64,000 nt of DNA, taken from the NCBI GenBank assembly GCA_963769935.1, contig CAVYNY010000022.1:128001-192000 (forward strand), given 5' to 3'. This DNA is from an uncultured delta proteobacterium (GTDB taxonomy: Bacteria > Desulfobacterota > Desulfobacteria > Desulfobacterales > JAFDCJ01). The position numbers were made by a program, and so were the translations under genes. Below are positions 11,992 to 22,689 of the stretch, in pieces (the first letter of the stretch is position 1; every line of letters starts with the position of its first letter). Below the pieces are notes generated by a model. It was not told where the DNA came from, ran no database searches, and worked only from the letters and a program-made list of their open reading frames with translations.

Positions 11992-13053
11992 ATGTTTAAT
12001 TCGATTATTACCAGAACCGGAAGCTATATCCCGACCGTTAAGGTCCCCAACCGGCAATTCCTCGGCAATGAATTCTATGGCCCGGATGGAACCCGACTTG
12101 CCAAGTCAAATGAGGACATTGTCAACAAACTGCAGGAAATTACCTGTATCCGTGAGCGGCGATACGTCGAAGATGATTTGACTACGTCGGATATTGCTTA
12201 TCTGGCAGCCAGCAATGCGCTGGACGGTGCGGATAAGGAAAGTCTGGATTTCATTATCGTTGCTCAAAATCTGGGTGATCTCAAGGCCGACAACGTTAAA
12301 TCCGACATGATTCCCACTATTGCCGCCAGGGTGAAACACAAGCTGAGAATTAAAAATCCCTACGCCGTCGCCTACGATATTCCCTTCGGCTGCCCGGGAT
12401 GGCTGCATGGAATGATCACGGCCGACTATTATATAAAGTCCGGGGATGCCAAGAAAGTTATGGTTATCGGTGCGGAGACCCTATCGCGGGTATCCGACCC
12501 TCATGATATCGATGGAATGATATATGCCGACGGTGCCGGGGCTACCCTGGTCGAAGCTACGACCAACGATGCCGGAATTCTGTCGCATGTCACCCGGTCG
12601 GATACCTACCATAATGCCTTCCTGATGGGGCTCGGCAAATCATATAATCCGGACCATGCGGGCGCTGAGCTGTTCATAAAAATGCGCGGACACGATATCT
12701 ATAAATATGCCGTCAGGACAGTTCCGGAAGTCGTGAAACAGAGCCTGGATAAGGCCGGATATAGCTTATCCGATGTGAAAAAAATCCTGATCCACCAGGC
12801 CAATCAGAAGATGGATGAGGCCATTTTGGCCAGGCTGTTCAAGCTTTATAAAATTAAGCATATTCCCGAGGATATCATGCCGATGACCATCTCCTGGCTC
12901 GGCAACAGTTCCGTGGCGACCCTGCCGACCATGCTGGACCTCATGCAACGGGGTAGACTCGATAATCACAAACTGCATTCGGGAGAAATCGTTGTATTTG
13001 CATCGGTGGGAGCGGGTATGAACGTCAATTCCATGGTATATAAGATGCAGTGA
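11992..13053 (+). CDS. fabH: 3-oxoacyl-ACP synthase III family protein
   Basis: TGSYIP, FGCPGW (Cys), HQAN (His), GNSSVA (Asn), SVGAGM. Confidence 0.88.
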   Translation: MFNSIITRTGSYIPTVKVPNRQFLGNEFYGPDGTRLAKSNEDIVNKLQEITCIRERRYVEDDLTTSDIAYLAASNALDGADKESLDFIIVAQNLGDLKADNVKSDMIPTIAARVKHKLRIKNPYAVAYDIPFGCPGWLHGMITADYYIKSGDAKKVMVIGAETLSRVSDPHDIDGMIYADGAGATLVEATTNDAGILSHVTRSDTYHNAFLMGLGKSYNPDHAGAELFIKMRGHDIYKYAVRTVPEVVKQSLDKAGYSLSDVKKILIHQANQKMDEAILARLFKLYKIKHIPEDIMPMTISWLGNSSVATLPTMLDLMQRGRLDNHKLHSGEIVVFASVGAGMNVNSMVYKMQ

Positions 13054-13170
13054 TATAAATAAGGTTCGGGGGTTAAGGGTTCAGGCGTTCAGAGGTTCAG
13101 CCCGGCCGCTGGCCGTGGGGCGGCGATGCTCCTACAAAAATTTTCCTGATTTATGGTTATTTGTAGGCTT

Positions 13171-13313
13171 AAGTTAATGTCTGGTGGGAGTGGTTTTTAA
13201 CCACGATTTCAGATGGAGGCCCGACCGAGTTGATCGCGGTTGCCTCCAGCCCGTAGGGCTTACGCCCCGGGGGGAAAACCGCTCCCACAACATCAAAAAC
13301 TGTTCTAAGGTTC
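13171..13313. repeat. REP/REPIN-like element, copy 1
   Basis: gtgggagtggttt...aaaccgctcccac inverted arms; near-identical copy at 43304-43447. Confidence 0.85.
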
Positions 13314-13535
13314 CAAAAAAATTCCATTATAGACCGGATAAATGCCGGAAGCCTGCTAAGATGCTTAAATTTTAGACATTATGTAATTTTTTGAGCATTT
13401 CTTTAATTGGCCTCTGGCATTTTTTACACAAAACTGTCCAAATTTTTTCATAAATTCACAAATTTCGATTCGGCCGTGCATCTATAATTTTCGCTATTAT
13501 ACTGATATTATAACATTTTAAATTTGTTAAATTGT

Positions 13536-13551
13536 TGGCACGAGAGTTGCT
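13536..13551 (+). promoter_or_regulatory. Sigma-54 -24/-12 promoter
   Basis: TGGCAC-GAGAG-TTGCT matches the consensus; AT-rich upstream region. Confidence 0.75.
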
Positions 13552-13737
13552 GCGCCTAGTAGTCGGCACATCCGATTTCGTAATAAATGAAGTTTTTTTC
13601 TTAGTTTATTATTCGGACAACCGCCGCTCCTTTTAATCTCAAAGGGCATAATGGGTTTGATTCCTTACAGCATTCTGCATAATTTTACTGCCAATAACCC
13701 TCAAAACCAGGAGCGTGTTTTTACAGGGGGTAAATAA

Positions 13738-13926
13738 ATGAAAAAGTACGAATATAGATGCAATCGATGTCTGATAATAGAAGAAAAGTGGTATTCCAAA
13801 TCTTATGATCCCTCCATCGACATTCCGTGTCAGAAGTGCGGTGGATTAGCAATAAGAATACCCTGGTCAAAAACTCACGAATTTACGATTGAGAATTCTG
13901 GAAAAAATTTAGATACCTATAATTGA
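13738..13926 (+). CDS. Small FmdB-like zinc-ribbon protein
   Basis: MKKYEYRCNRC...PCQKCGG; purine-rich RBS-like sequence upstream. Confidence 0.65.
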   Translation: MKKYEYRCNRCLIIEEKWYSKSYDPSIDIPCQKCGGLAIRIPWSKTHEFTIENSGKNLDTYN

Positions 13927-14397
13927 TTGAGAGGCCGGGGTTTTTTGGGGTTATGTTCGCAAGGCCCGTTCCAGTAAAGGCGGGGAGCGGACATCCATGC
14001 AACCCGGTGCCGAATTTTCTGGATTCCTGTCTGCGCAGGAATGACGGTCCGTATGGCAATAGTCTCCCCGTCTGCTCAATATTTAGGTCTGTCATACAGA
14101 AAATTGAATTGAGATTTCTTGCACCAATTTAGCGGCCGGCAACGGATGCAATATTGGTGAGGATCCTTTTCCCGCCTTCCGTTCTAATTTGCAGAAAGCT
14201 CCGGCAGTTTCGATGGCTTTCTGATACTTTTCTGCCGTACTTGCATTCACGCCGTTTTTTAATGAAATTGGCCGGCCTGAGAAAATACGTTCAATTCCCT
14301 TTTCGTATTTCCGATGGCTGACTGCTTTCTTCATGGGTATAGATAGTACCTGACTGAGTCTTCTACCGGAAGCCAGGTGATTTGGGCATCATGAACA

Positions 14398-15324
14398 TCA
14401 GGCGGTCGCCCGCTGATCTTTTTTGAGTTTTTCCAGCATGGGTTTCATAATTTTTTCGATTCTGACCTTGGTATTGCGGAATTTAAACCGCTCGGCATCC
14501 GATAGCGGCTGCTTGGGCGGCCCCATGATGAATCCTCGCATTTCCATGGCCAGCTTAAAGCCCAGGGGGAAGGGCAGGGCAAACATGGTCCGCAGGATGA
14601 GCAGGATGGACTCCTGTAAAACTTTGGCTTCCGCATAGCGGCCATTTTGCCAGGCGGTATAAATGTCAACCATGATTTCCGGCAGGATGCCCGAGGTGGC
14701 CGTCATACAGCCTTTGCCGCCGACCATCAAACAGGGAAACAGGGTCTCTTCCCGGCCGGTCAGGACGTTGATATCTTCTCCGGCGATTTTAATCTTATCA
14801 ATAAAATGCATGAAATCGACCATGCTGCCGCTGCTGTCTTTCATGCCGACGACGTTGGGGTGCCGCGCCAGGCGTTTGACGACATCATAGGAAAGCGGCT
14901 GGGTGAAAAGCGGGATGTTGTAGATAATGTTGGGTATATCCACGGCGTCGGCGATGGTTTCGAAATAAGTCTCGATATTTTCCTGGGACAGCGGATAAAA
15001 ATAGGGCGGCGCAACCACCACCCCGTCGCAGCCGAGTTCCCTGGCTTTTTTAGCCAGAATTATGGATTCGGCCGGCAGGCTGCTGCCGACGCCCGGGACG
15101 ATCTTAACGCGGCCGGCGTTCTGGTCGACCATGATTTCCATGATCCGGATCTTTTCCTCCCGGCTCATATGGATGAACTCGCCCACCGAGCTGATGGGAA
15201 ACAGACCGTTCACGCCGCCTTCGATCTGAAAATCAACAATGCGCCGTAATTCCCCCTCATTCACCGACCCATCCTCTTTAAACGGGGTCAGCATTGCGAC
15301 ATAAACACCTTCGGGTTTGAACAT
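14398..15324 (-). CDS. DapA/NAL-family class I aldolase (probably not a true DHDPS)
   Basis: TPF, SSVGEF, YNIP, Schiff-base GMKDSSG. Confidence 0.88.
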   Translation of the reverse strand: MFKPEGVYVAMLTPFKEDGSVNEGELRRIVDFQIEGGVNGLFPISSVGEFIHMSREEKIRIMEIMVDQNAGRVKIVPGVGSSLPAESIILAKKARELGCDGVVVAPPYFYPLSQENIETYFETIADAVDIPNIIYNIPLFTQPLSYDVVKRLARHPNVVGMKDSSGSMVDFMHFIDKIKIAGEDINVLTGREETLFPCLMVGGKGCMTATSGILPEIMVDIYTAWQNGRYAEAKVLQESILLILRTMFALPFPLGFKLAMEMRGFIMGPPKQPLSDAERFKFRNTKVRIEKIMKPMLEKLKKDQRATA

Positions 15325-15402
15325 ATTTAAGTCTCCTATGTATACAGCTCTGCGTAGCGTTTAATTACAACCAACAACATACCACTTACAACTTACAGTA
15401 TT

Positions 15403-17217
15403 TTAAAGTCCAAGCTCTGTCAACTTCTCCGCCATGGGTACACCGTCTTCATCCCAGCCGCGGACAAAGTAGTATTCTGTTCGCATCTGCTCCAGTTCTA
15501 CCACGCGACCCCGGTGGGGGCCCTCCTTGAGGGGTTCTTTGAAGAAGCGTTGGGGCAGTGTATCCAGTTCCTTGGTAAGCCCCTCGCGAATATTGAAAAG
15601 ACGGGCCAGGTTGTTGACCCTTTCCCCGATCTTCATCACCTCATCGGAGGAAGCAAAAACTTCCATGCCGGTGGCGGCATGCAGGAAGGGCGTGATCTGT
15701 TTTAAACTCACGGCAAAGGTTGCAAACAGACACATGCCGCTGCAATTGATCATGCCGAAAAGATCCTGTTGGGTTTTGACCAGCTCGGCTTTGAATTCCC
15801 GGGAATGTAAATCCATGCGGCCTTCGGTCGCCAGCAGTTCGTCGCCGATCGGCCAGGATCGAAGGTGGCAGCCGCCCCGGTCACTGGTGGCATAGGCCAG
15901 GGCCATACCCGCCGAGCCCCGCGGATCATAAGCAGGCAGCTCCAGGCCTTTGACATGCATGGCCAGATCTCGGGCCCCCTCGATTTCTTCGGCCATTCTC
16001 TTCACGCCCAGACCCCACAATTTGCCGGGCCCCTGCTGCCGGCCGATCTGGTGAATGGCGTTGATAATGGATTCGTCATTGCCGAAGGCCATGGGGAATC
16101 CGATGTCGGCCTCGGTCAGTAGGCCTTTTTCGACACACTCCATCAAAAAGCCGATGACATTACCGGTAGTGATGCCGTCCAGGCCGTAGTAGTCACACAG
16201 ATACTCCGCCTGAATAATGGCGCCGATATCGGTGTTTTCGCAGTTGGCACCAAAGGACCAGACGTTCTCATATTCAGGCCCCTCGGTATAGCAGCCTGTA
16301 TATTTGCCGTCTTTGACCTCGGCAATTTTGCTGCAGTAGATCGGACATCCGAAACAGGCTTTGTTTCTGACATAAAATTTTTCGATGTTATTTTCATTGA
16401 CCTGCGAGGCCCCGTCAAATTTGCCCTTCTGAAAATTTCGCACCGGGTGAATGCCGGCTTCATCCATCAACGATAAAATGATATTGGTTCCGTATTTTGG
16501 CCGGCCGCCGCCCGTATCCGGACTGTTGGCCAGCTCATTGTAGGCTTCACGGCAGATTTTCATGAAATTATCCGGATCATGGAGCGAGATGCTGCCGGTG
16601 CCCCTGACGGCGATAGCTTTCAGGTTTTTGGATCCCATGACCGCACCGGCTCCGCCCCTGCCCAGGGCCCGGTACTCGGAGATGATCCCGGCAAAACGCA
16701 CGCCTTTTTCGCCGGCCTCCCCGATGCAGGCGACCTTAAAATCCCGGCCGAATGTCTCTTTAATTTTGCGGTGGGTTGTCAGGGTGTCCGTTCCCCAGAG
16801 ATCGCCGGCGGGTTGCAACTGGAATTTATCATCGTCTATGACAAGCACCACGGGGGATGCGGCCATGCCCCTGATGATCACCATGTCATAACCGGCAAAC
16901 TTTAATTCAGGCCCGAAAAATCCACCGCAATTCGAATCCAGCCACAAGCCGGTTGCCGGGCTTTTGGTGCAGACCTCGAAGCGGCCGCTGGAAGGCGCCA
17001 GGGTGCCTGTCAGCGGTCCGGTCGCAAAAACCAGGATGTTTTCCGGGGAAAGCGGATCACAACCGGCCGGTAGCTGATCGTAAAGAATCCTGGCACCAAA
17101 GCCCTTGCCGCCCATGTAATCCTGCGCCAAGGCCCGATCCAGTTCGGCGGTTGACATGCCGGCCGATGTCAGGTCCACGTCTAGAATTTTTCCGCGGTAT
17201 CCGTACCAATCTTTCAT
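15403..17217 (-). CDS. Aldehyde:ferredoxin oxidoreductase family (W/Mo) protein
   Basis: GRGGAGAVMGSKNLKA, CFGCPIYC, GPEYE, DRGGCH. Confidence 0.93.
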   Translation of the reverse strand: MKDWYGYRGKILDVDLTSAGMSTAELDRALAQDYMGGKGFGARILYDQLPAGCDPLSPENILVFATGPLTGTLAPSSGRFEVCTKSPATGLWLDSNCGGFFGPELKFAGYDMVIIRGMAASPVVLVIDDDKFQLQPAGDLWGTDTLTTHRKIKETFGRDFKVACIGEAGEKGVRFAGIISEYRALGRGGAGAVMGSKNLKAIAVRGTGSISLHDPDNFMKICREAYNELANSPDTGGGRPKYGTNIILSLMDEAGIHPVRNFQKGKFDGASQVNENNIEKFYVRNKACFGCPIYCSKIAEVKDGKYTGCYTEGPEYENVWSFGANCENTDIGAIIQAEYLCDYYGLDGITTGNVIGFLMECVEKGLLTEADIGFPMAFGNDESIINAIHQIGRQQGPGKLWGLGVKRMAEEIEGARDLAMHVKGLELPAYDPRGSAGMALAYATSDRGGCHLRSWPIGDELLATEGRMDLHSREFKAELVKTQQDLFGMINCSGMCLFATFAVSLKQITPFLHAATGMEVFASSDEVMKIGERVNNLARLFNIREGLTKELDTLPQRFFKEPLKEGPHRGRVVELEQMRTEYYFVRGWDEDGVPMAEKLTELGL

Positions 17218-17223
17218 GTGTTT

Positions 17224-17610
17224 TTATTCCTTCTTTTGCACGGCCATAGTGGGACACCATTGAACACATTGAAATTCGCCTTCGCACGTATCGCAGATCA
17301 GCGGCAGGTCGGTTTGTGGATCCATCCGGATGCCGTTAACCGGGCAGGCGTCCACACAGACGGCACAGCCATCACAGCTGCCTTTATCAAGCCGGACCCA
17401 GTTTTCCCAGCTCAGCGCATCGTGGGGGCAGGCTGCGACGCACTCGTGGTCTTTACAAGCCAGGCAAACGCTGATGGTTGGAACTTTGGGCCAATCTGCG
17501 TCGACATAGATTCGTGAACGTTTGGTGGTGCTTTCCCCAAAATGGCTCCAGGAGCAGATGGCCATGCAGATTTGACATTCCGTGCAAAGCGAGCGTTTTA
17601 ATTTCAGCAT
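17224..17610 (-). CDS. 4Fe-4S ferredoxin-like subunit of the AOR
   Basis: Multiple CxxCxxC...CP motifs; start may be 17628. Confidence 0.88.
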   Translation of the reverse strand: MLKLKRSLCTECQICMAICSWSHFGESTTKRSRIYVDADWPKVPTISVCLACKDHECVAACPHDALSWENWVRLDKGSCDGCAVCVDACPVNGIRMDPQTDLPLICDTCEGEFQCVQWCPTMAVQKKE

Positions 17611-17828
17611 TTTTGATCCCTTTTCCAACCGGGTTTTCTACTTTTTCACATTATCAGAATTAAATAAGGTATAGTAATAATTTCACCATCCGTCAAAGCA
17701 AAAATTGAGGCTTGAATATTCGATGGACAAAAGTTATAGCTTCATATATTTCAACCGTAGCCAACAACCAGTTTAGCGGCGGCGCGCATATTATCATTGT
17801 GAATACCACAAATTGAAAGAAGAGACCA

Positions 17829-18799
17829 TGGCGCAATACAAAGTCGTTATTATAAATCCCGGATACGAAACTTACGATATCGAACGGAAGATACTGGAGC
17901 CTGTCGGTGCCGAAGTCATCGTTGCCGAAAAAGATTGCGATACAGAGGATTTAATCATCGACACAGCGCGGGATGCCGACGGCATCCTGGTGCGTGAAGG
18001 CCCTGTAACCGGGCGGGTTATAGGGTCTCTCAAAAAGTTGAAGATTATTGCCCGCTACGGGGTCGGGGTCGACAATGTCGACTTGGAGACCGCGCGCCGC
18101 CGCAACATATATGTCAGCATCGTTCCCAACTACGGCAATGAAGATGTTTCCGACCATGCCATGGCGCTGATGCTGGCCTGTATCCGAACCTTGCCGATCC
18201 GTGACAGAAATGTCCGCTGCGGCATTTTTGAAACCGACATCGTATCCGAAATTCATCGCATCACGGGGCGAAATTTAGGCATCATCGGCTACGGCAAAAT
18301 CGCCCGGGTGTTTCATCGCAAATGGCAGGGGTTTCTGCCGGCCCGCGTTCTGGTCTATGACCCGTTTGTGGATGAGGAAACCATCGCGGAAACCGGCGCT
18401 GAAAAAGTCGACCTTAACCTGCTGCTGGAGGAGGCGGACTATATTTCCATCCACGCGCCGCTCACACCGGATACCCGGCACATCATCAATGAATCGGCGC
18501 TAAAAACCATGAAGTCGACTGCCGTTATCGTCAATACCTCCCGCGGGGCGATAATCGACACGGCGGCCCTGGCCAAGGCCCTTGGAAAAGGTGAAATTTT
18601 TGCCGCCGGCATCGATGTATTCGAAAAAGAGCCGCTGCCGGTGGATCATCCGTTGGCGTCTCTGCCGAATGTGATCCTGACGCCGCACCTGGCATGGTAT
18701 TCAAAGGAATCCACCCGCGACCTGCAGGGCGGGGCGGCCGGGGAAATTCAGCGGGTGTTGTCCGGACAAAGGCCGCACAACTGGGCCAATCCATGGTAA
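17829..18799 (+). CDS. D-2-hydroxyacid dehydrogenase (CtBP/PGDH-like)
   Basis: RYGVGVDNVD, GIIGYGKIA, NTSRG, DVFEKEP, TPHLAWYS. Confidence 0.9.
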
Positions 18800-18941
18800 T
18801 TAATCCGCCCTGAAAAATAGTTCCTGCAGGGTTGTCATTTGATCTTTGACAACTGCAGAAAGTTGTTGAATCCACGGTCCGGCGGATTAATTAATAAATA
18901 TTTGTACCCCCAGAACCTTAAAAATAAGGATCAAATCTAAG

Positions 18942-19961
18942 ATGAAAGCCCTACGCTATTTAAAGCCCCACGTTGTTAAAACCGAAGAAATCGACTCGCC
19001 GGTGTGCGGTGCCGGCGAAGCCCTGGTGCGGGTGCATTCGGCCGGTATCTGCGGCTCCGACATGGGCATTTTTGTCGGCAAACATCCCCGGGCTCGGGCG
19101 CCGCTGGTGATGGGCCATGAATTTGCCGGTGAAATTGTGGAAATTCAGCCGGGAGGCGTGGAGACTCAACTGACCGTGGGGGACAAGGTAACGGCCTATC
19201 CGCTGCTGGTTTGCGGGAACTGCTGGGCCTGCCGCAACGGCTTTGCGCATGTCTGCCGCGATTTAAAGCTCATCGGCATCGATCGGGACGGGGCTTTTGC
19301 CGAGTATGTCAGCGTACCTTTGGATTTGCTGGTTAAATTTCCCGCAGCCTTGCCCTATGATCAGGCCGCCTTGATCGAACCGCTGGCAGTGGGGGTTCAT
19401 GCTCTTGAAATGGCCGGGCCCACGACCTGGCAGACCGCGGTAGTGGTCGGCTGCGGTCCCATCGGCCTGCTGGTGGGGCTGTGCCTGCAGCATGCCGGTA
19501 TCGGAAATATCCTGATGTGCGATATCAACCCCCACCGCGTCAAACGCGCCGGGCGGTTGAATTTTGACGCCATCGACAGCAGCGCCGAAAACCTGTCGGA
19601 TCGGGTCTTTGAGATTACTAAAGGTGAAGGGGCGGACATTGTTTTTGAATGCGCCGGCTCCCCCGCGGCGGCCTTTCAGATGTGCAACCTGGTGCGGCCC
19701 CGCGGAACCGTCCTTATGGTCAGCGTGCACAAGGAGCCGCACCCGGTGGATCTGCAGGCCGTTTCCTTCAAGGAATTGACGATGGTCGGCACCCGGGTTT
19801 ATACCCGCGACAATTATCGCCAAGCGCTGGAAATGATATCGGACCTGCCATATCAGGATCTAATCTCCCACCGGGTCGAGCTGGGACGCGGCGCCGAAGG
19901 CTTCGATATCATGGGGCAGGCCGCAGACGCCTGCAAGGTGATTATCAAAACCGATTACTAA
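18942..19961 (+). CDS. Zinc-dependent MDR alcohol/sugar dehydrogenase
   Basis: GICGSD, GHEFAG, CGNCWAC...C, GCGPIG. Confidence 0.92.
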   Translation: MKALRYLKPHVVKTEEIDSPVCGAGEALVRVHSAGICGSDMGIFVGKHPRARAPLVMGHEFAGEIVEIQPGGVETQLTVGDKVTAYPLLVCGNCWACRNGFAHVCRDLKLIGIDRDGAFAEYVSVPLDLLVKFPAALPYDQAALIEPLAVGVHALEMAGPTTWQTAVVVGCGPIGLLVGLCLQHAGIGNILMCDINPHRVKRAGRLNFDAIDSSAENLSDRVFEITKGEGADIVFECAGSPAAAFQMCNLVRPRGTVLMVSVHKEPHPVDLQAVSFKELTMVGTRVYTRDNYRQALEMISDLPYQDLISHRVELGRGAEGFDIMGQAADACKVIIKTDY

Positions 19962-20048
19962 TGCGGCAATAATTATTTAGAAAATGAATGGATTCGTTTT
20001 TAATTCATATTCTCATGGACAGGATCTTCAGGATTTGTTTACCACAAT

Positions 20049-20085
20049 TGGGACTTGTCGACCGGATCGTGGTCGATAAGTCCCA
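20049..20085. terminator. Hairpin between convergent genes
   Basis: tgggacttgtcgacc...ggtcgataagtccca stem. Confidence 0.5.
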
Positions 20086-20098
20086 TCATGCAAGAGAA

Positions 20099-20731
20099 TT
20101 AATTGACCGCCTGATATAAGGTCGCTGGTGTGTTGCAGACCGGGCAGGCTGCAAAAGAAGGTTTTCCTTCCAAGGTATAGCCGCAGATAGGGCATACATA
20201 AAAATCAGTTTTCGGTGCCTTCCACTTGGCAAGGTCGGTTAGAGCAGTTTTATATAGCTTGGCATGTTCAGCCTCCGCCGCGCGGGCGTAAGTAAAGGTT
20301 CGGACTGCATCCGGAATATGGTCTTTTTCCGCCTGACTGATAAACTCCGGATACATGGTGGATCGTTCATAAGATTCACCTTTTACCGCATCTTCCAGAT
20401 TCTCCTTGGTGGAATTGACGGCGGGAATCTTGATATCTGCCTTGGGGGTTCCGCCCAGGCCTTCAATCACCCGGGCATGGTTGATGAGGTGGATTTTTTC
20501 GGCGCTGGCAGCTGCACGGAACAGACTGGCGACTTTGGCGTAGCCTTCTTCATCGGCTTTTTCGGCATATGCCAGGTATTTGGCGTTCGCATTGCTTTCA
20601 CCGTTGTATGCCGTTAAAAGATTTTCGAGGGTTTTGTTTTGGGCGGAATCCGCCAGGGTCGGAATCGCAATGGACACACTTAACATCACCAATAAAGCTG
20701 AAACGAAACAGACAGGCTTGATGCTTTTCAT
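20099..20731 (-). CDS. Rubrerythrin with an N-terminal signal peptide
   Basis: GESNANAKY, EKIH, GESYE, EAEH di-iron ligands, CPICG...CPVC; AAGGAGGT RBS before ATG 20731. Confidence 0.9.
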   Translation of the reverse strand: MKSIKPVCFVSALLVMLSVSIAIPTLADSAQNKTLENLLTAYNGESNANAKYLAYAEKADEEGYAKVASLFRAAASAEKIHLINHARVIEGLGGTPKADIKIPAVNSTKENLEDAVKGESYERSTMYPEFISQAEKDHIPDAVRTFTYARAAEAEHAKLYKTALTDLAKWKAPKTDFYVCPICGYTLEGKPSFAACPVCNTPATLYQAVN

Positions 20732-20853
20732 TTTGTACCTCCTTGTCTTGGCTGAAAATTTTTGGGTCTTGTTTCCCACGACGTGCTTGACGCGTCAGAT
20801 AGAGTTTGACATCGATAAAAAACTACAACCGGCTTCTGTTGATTTAAAAAAGC

Positions 20854-21288
20854 TCAGGTTCGCTCCTGAAGCCCTTTGAATTGGCCTCTTTCGTGCTGGA
20901 TAATGTCCATTACCTCTGCACTAAAGTAAGTGCCTCCCTCAAGTACACATTCTACCGATTTCAAAATATTCTCACGCCCTTCATCTTTGAGGCAATATCC
21001 TTCAATTCCGGCTTTTGAGGCTACTCTGCAGAATTCTGCTGTATTGTGGATACTCAGAACCAATATTTTCAATTTCGGGAACTCTTTCTTAAGTGTGCCT
21101 ATCACCTGAAAACCGTATGTCTTGGGCATCGAAAGATCGAGAATAAGAAGATCGGGTTTCTTCAATCTGACAAGTTCAATGGCTGCTTCACCGTCTTCAG
21201 CCTCACCTACAATTTCATGATGTGAGAGGGTTGTTTTTAGAGTATCTCTATAGAGTTTATTGTCTTCAGCGATAATAATTCTTTTCAT
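20854..21288 (-). CDS. NarL-type receiver domain protein lacking the HTH
   Basis: IIIAEDN, PDLLILDLSMP, LVLS, GYCLK; ends shortly after GGTYFS. Confidence 0.8.
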   Translation of the reverse strand: MKRIIIAEDNKLYRDTLKTTLSHHEIVGEAEDGEAAIELVRLKKPDLLILDLSMPKTYGFQVIGTLKKEFPKLKILVLSIHNTAEFCRVASKAGIEGYCLKDEGRENILKSVECVLEGGTYFSAEVMDIIQHERGQFKGLQERT

Positions 21289-21789
21289 ATCCTGCCTCCT
21301 CTTGTCTATGTATCAGGGGGGTGTCCGCTGAAGAATCTGTCCAAAAATATTTTCTTGTCAAAACCAAACCATCTTTGGCTATTGATGTGTAAGGCGGTGC
21401 TACCATAAGTCGGGCTATTCCGTTTGCTTCATTCAAAAAGCGAATAATACCTTAACTTTTTAGAGAGAAAGCCTTTGAAAGGATATCTATGTATATGTTC
21501 ATGGGGATAAATTCTTGCTCGAAAGGAACCGCCAATTGGATTTGCCAAGGCCTTTCGAATCTATAACGAATCTGAGGGCAAAAGGTTACAGAATTTTTTC
21601 GATCCTGAGCAGCCCACCCTGAATCTCCTCCGAAAGTCTTTTTAGGACAGGATATTTCCAACATTTTCTATCCCTTTTTTTTGTGCTTTACCAAGCTTCA
21701 CAAAACCTGGTTGAACCGGCATCAATGAGAGGAATAATGAAGAAATGTTATATAACAACGAGATAATTGATGTCTGGATGCAGCGAGGT

Positions 21790-21996
21790 TGCGGCCGATT
21801 CGCATTTCATGCGCTCACCGAGGGATAGTTTGTGCACCTGTTTGGTGAGCAGCGGCTGCAGGTCGAGAAGATCACTGAGCTCCGCCAGATTACTGCGAAA
21901 TTCGCCGACGGGAATGTCGTAGATAGCCTGATTGACATTAAAGCTTTCGATGGCCGGAAGATCCAAGTTGAGATGGTTTTGCTGGCCCACTATCAA
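21790..21996 (-). pseudogene. Internal fragment of an ABC transporter ATP-binding protein
   Basis: DLPAIESF...KLSLGERMKCE signature with no Walker A and no continuation. Confidence 0.7.
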
Positions 21997-22115
21997 GGCG
22001 AACTGTGATGCTTCACTTGAAAATAATTGGAAGCCCGAGTCATTTCCGGCTTGCGGAATTTGATTTTTTGTGTTTGATGTTTGGTATGAACACTGCCGCG
22101 TATGTGAATTCCGCC

Positions 22116-22469
22116 ATGAATTTATGTCGTTGCGGCTTCTTCTGGGCAGTCATCCTCGCGCTTTTTTGGAGCTGTTCCGAAGGGGAACCGCCTGCATCCG
22201 TCAGCGGGGGGCAGGGCAGGAATCTGCGGTTGGTCATCAGATGGCCGGGGGATGACCTGGCATCGAAACAGGATCTTGAATTAAGGGATAAGATCGAACA
22301 GCGCCTTGTGGAGAAAAAAGTCGGTAATATTGTGCGGACCGGCACGGGTATGGGCTGGATGGATATCGTCCTTGAAGTCAAAGACCCGGACCGGGCACGC
22401 ACCGAAATTGAGGCCATCGTGAGAGCAGCCGCGCCGGATGCGAAGTTTGCCATTCAGGCTGAAAAATAA
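22116..22469 (+). CDS. Putative lipoprotein
   Basis: Hydrophobic N-terminus with lipobox-like FWSC; GTGMGWMDI motif. Confidence 0.55.
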   Translation: MNLCRCGFFWAVILALFWSCSEGEPPASVSGGQGRNLRLVIRWPGDDLASKQDLELRDKIEQRLVEKKVGNIVRTGTGMGWMDIVLEVKDPDRARTEIEAIVRAAAPDAKFAIQAEK

Positions 22470-22689
22470 ATTTAATTTAATCTGTGCAATTTCCATGCAC
22501 GGACAGCCAGGCGGGCGTGAAGCCCGGCCCTGCATATGCTGCTTAACCTGTTGAGTAGGGGCGCGGTCTATCCTCGTCCTCGCAGAACGGGTCATTATTC
22601 AAATCTTCGAAATGGAATCGCTCAACTTAGGTATGCTATACATTATAAAAAATATTAAACAATATTTTATAAGACAAACCTTCAAGCGC

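Noticed and set aside
14398..15324. Calling this gene dapA
   Set aside because: SSVGE replaces GTTGE and the context is catabolic
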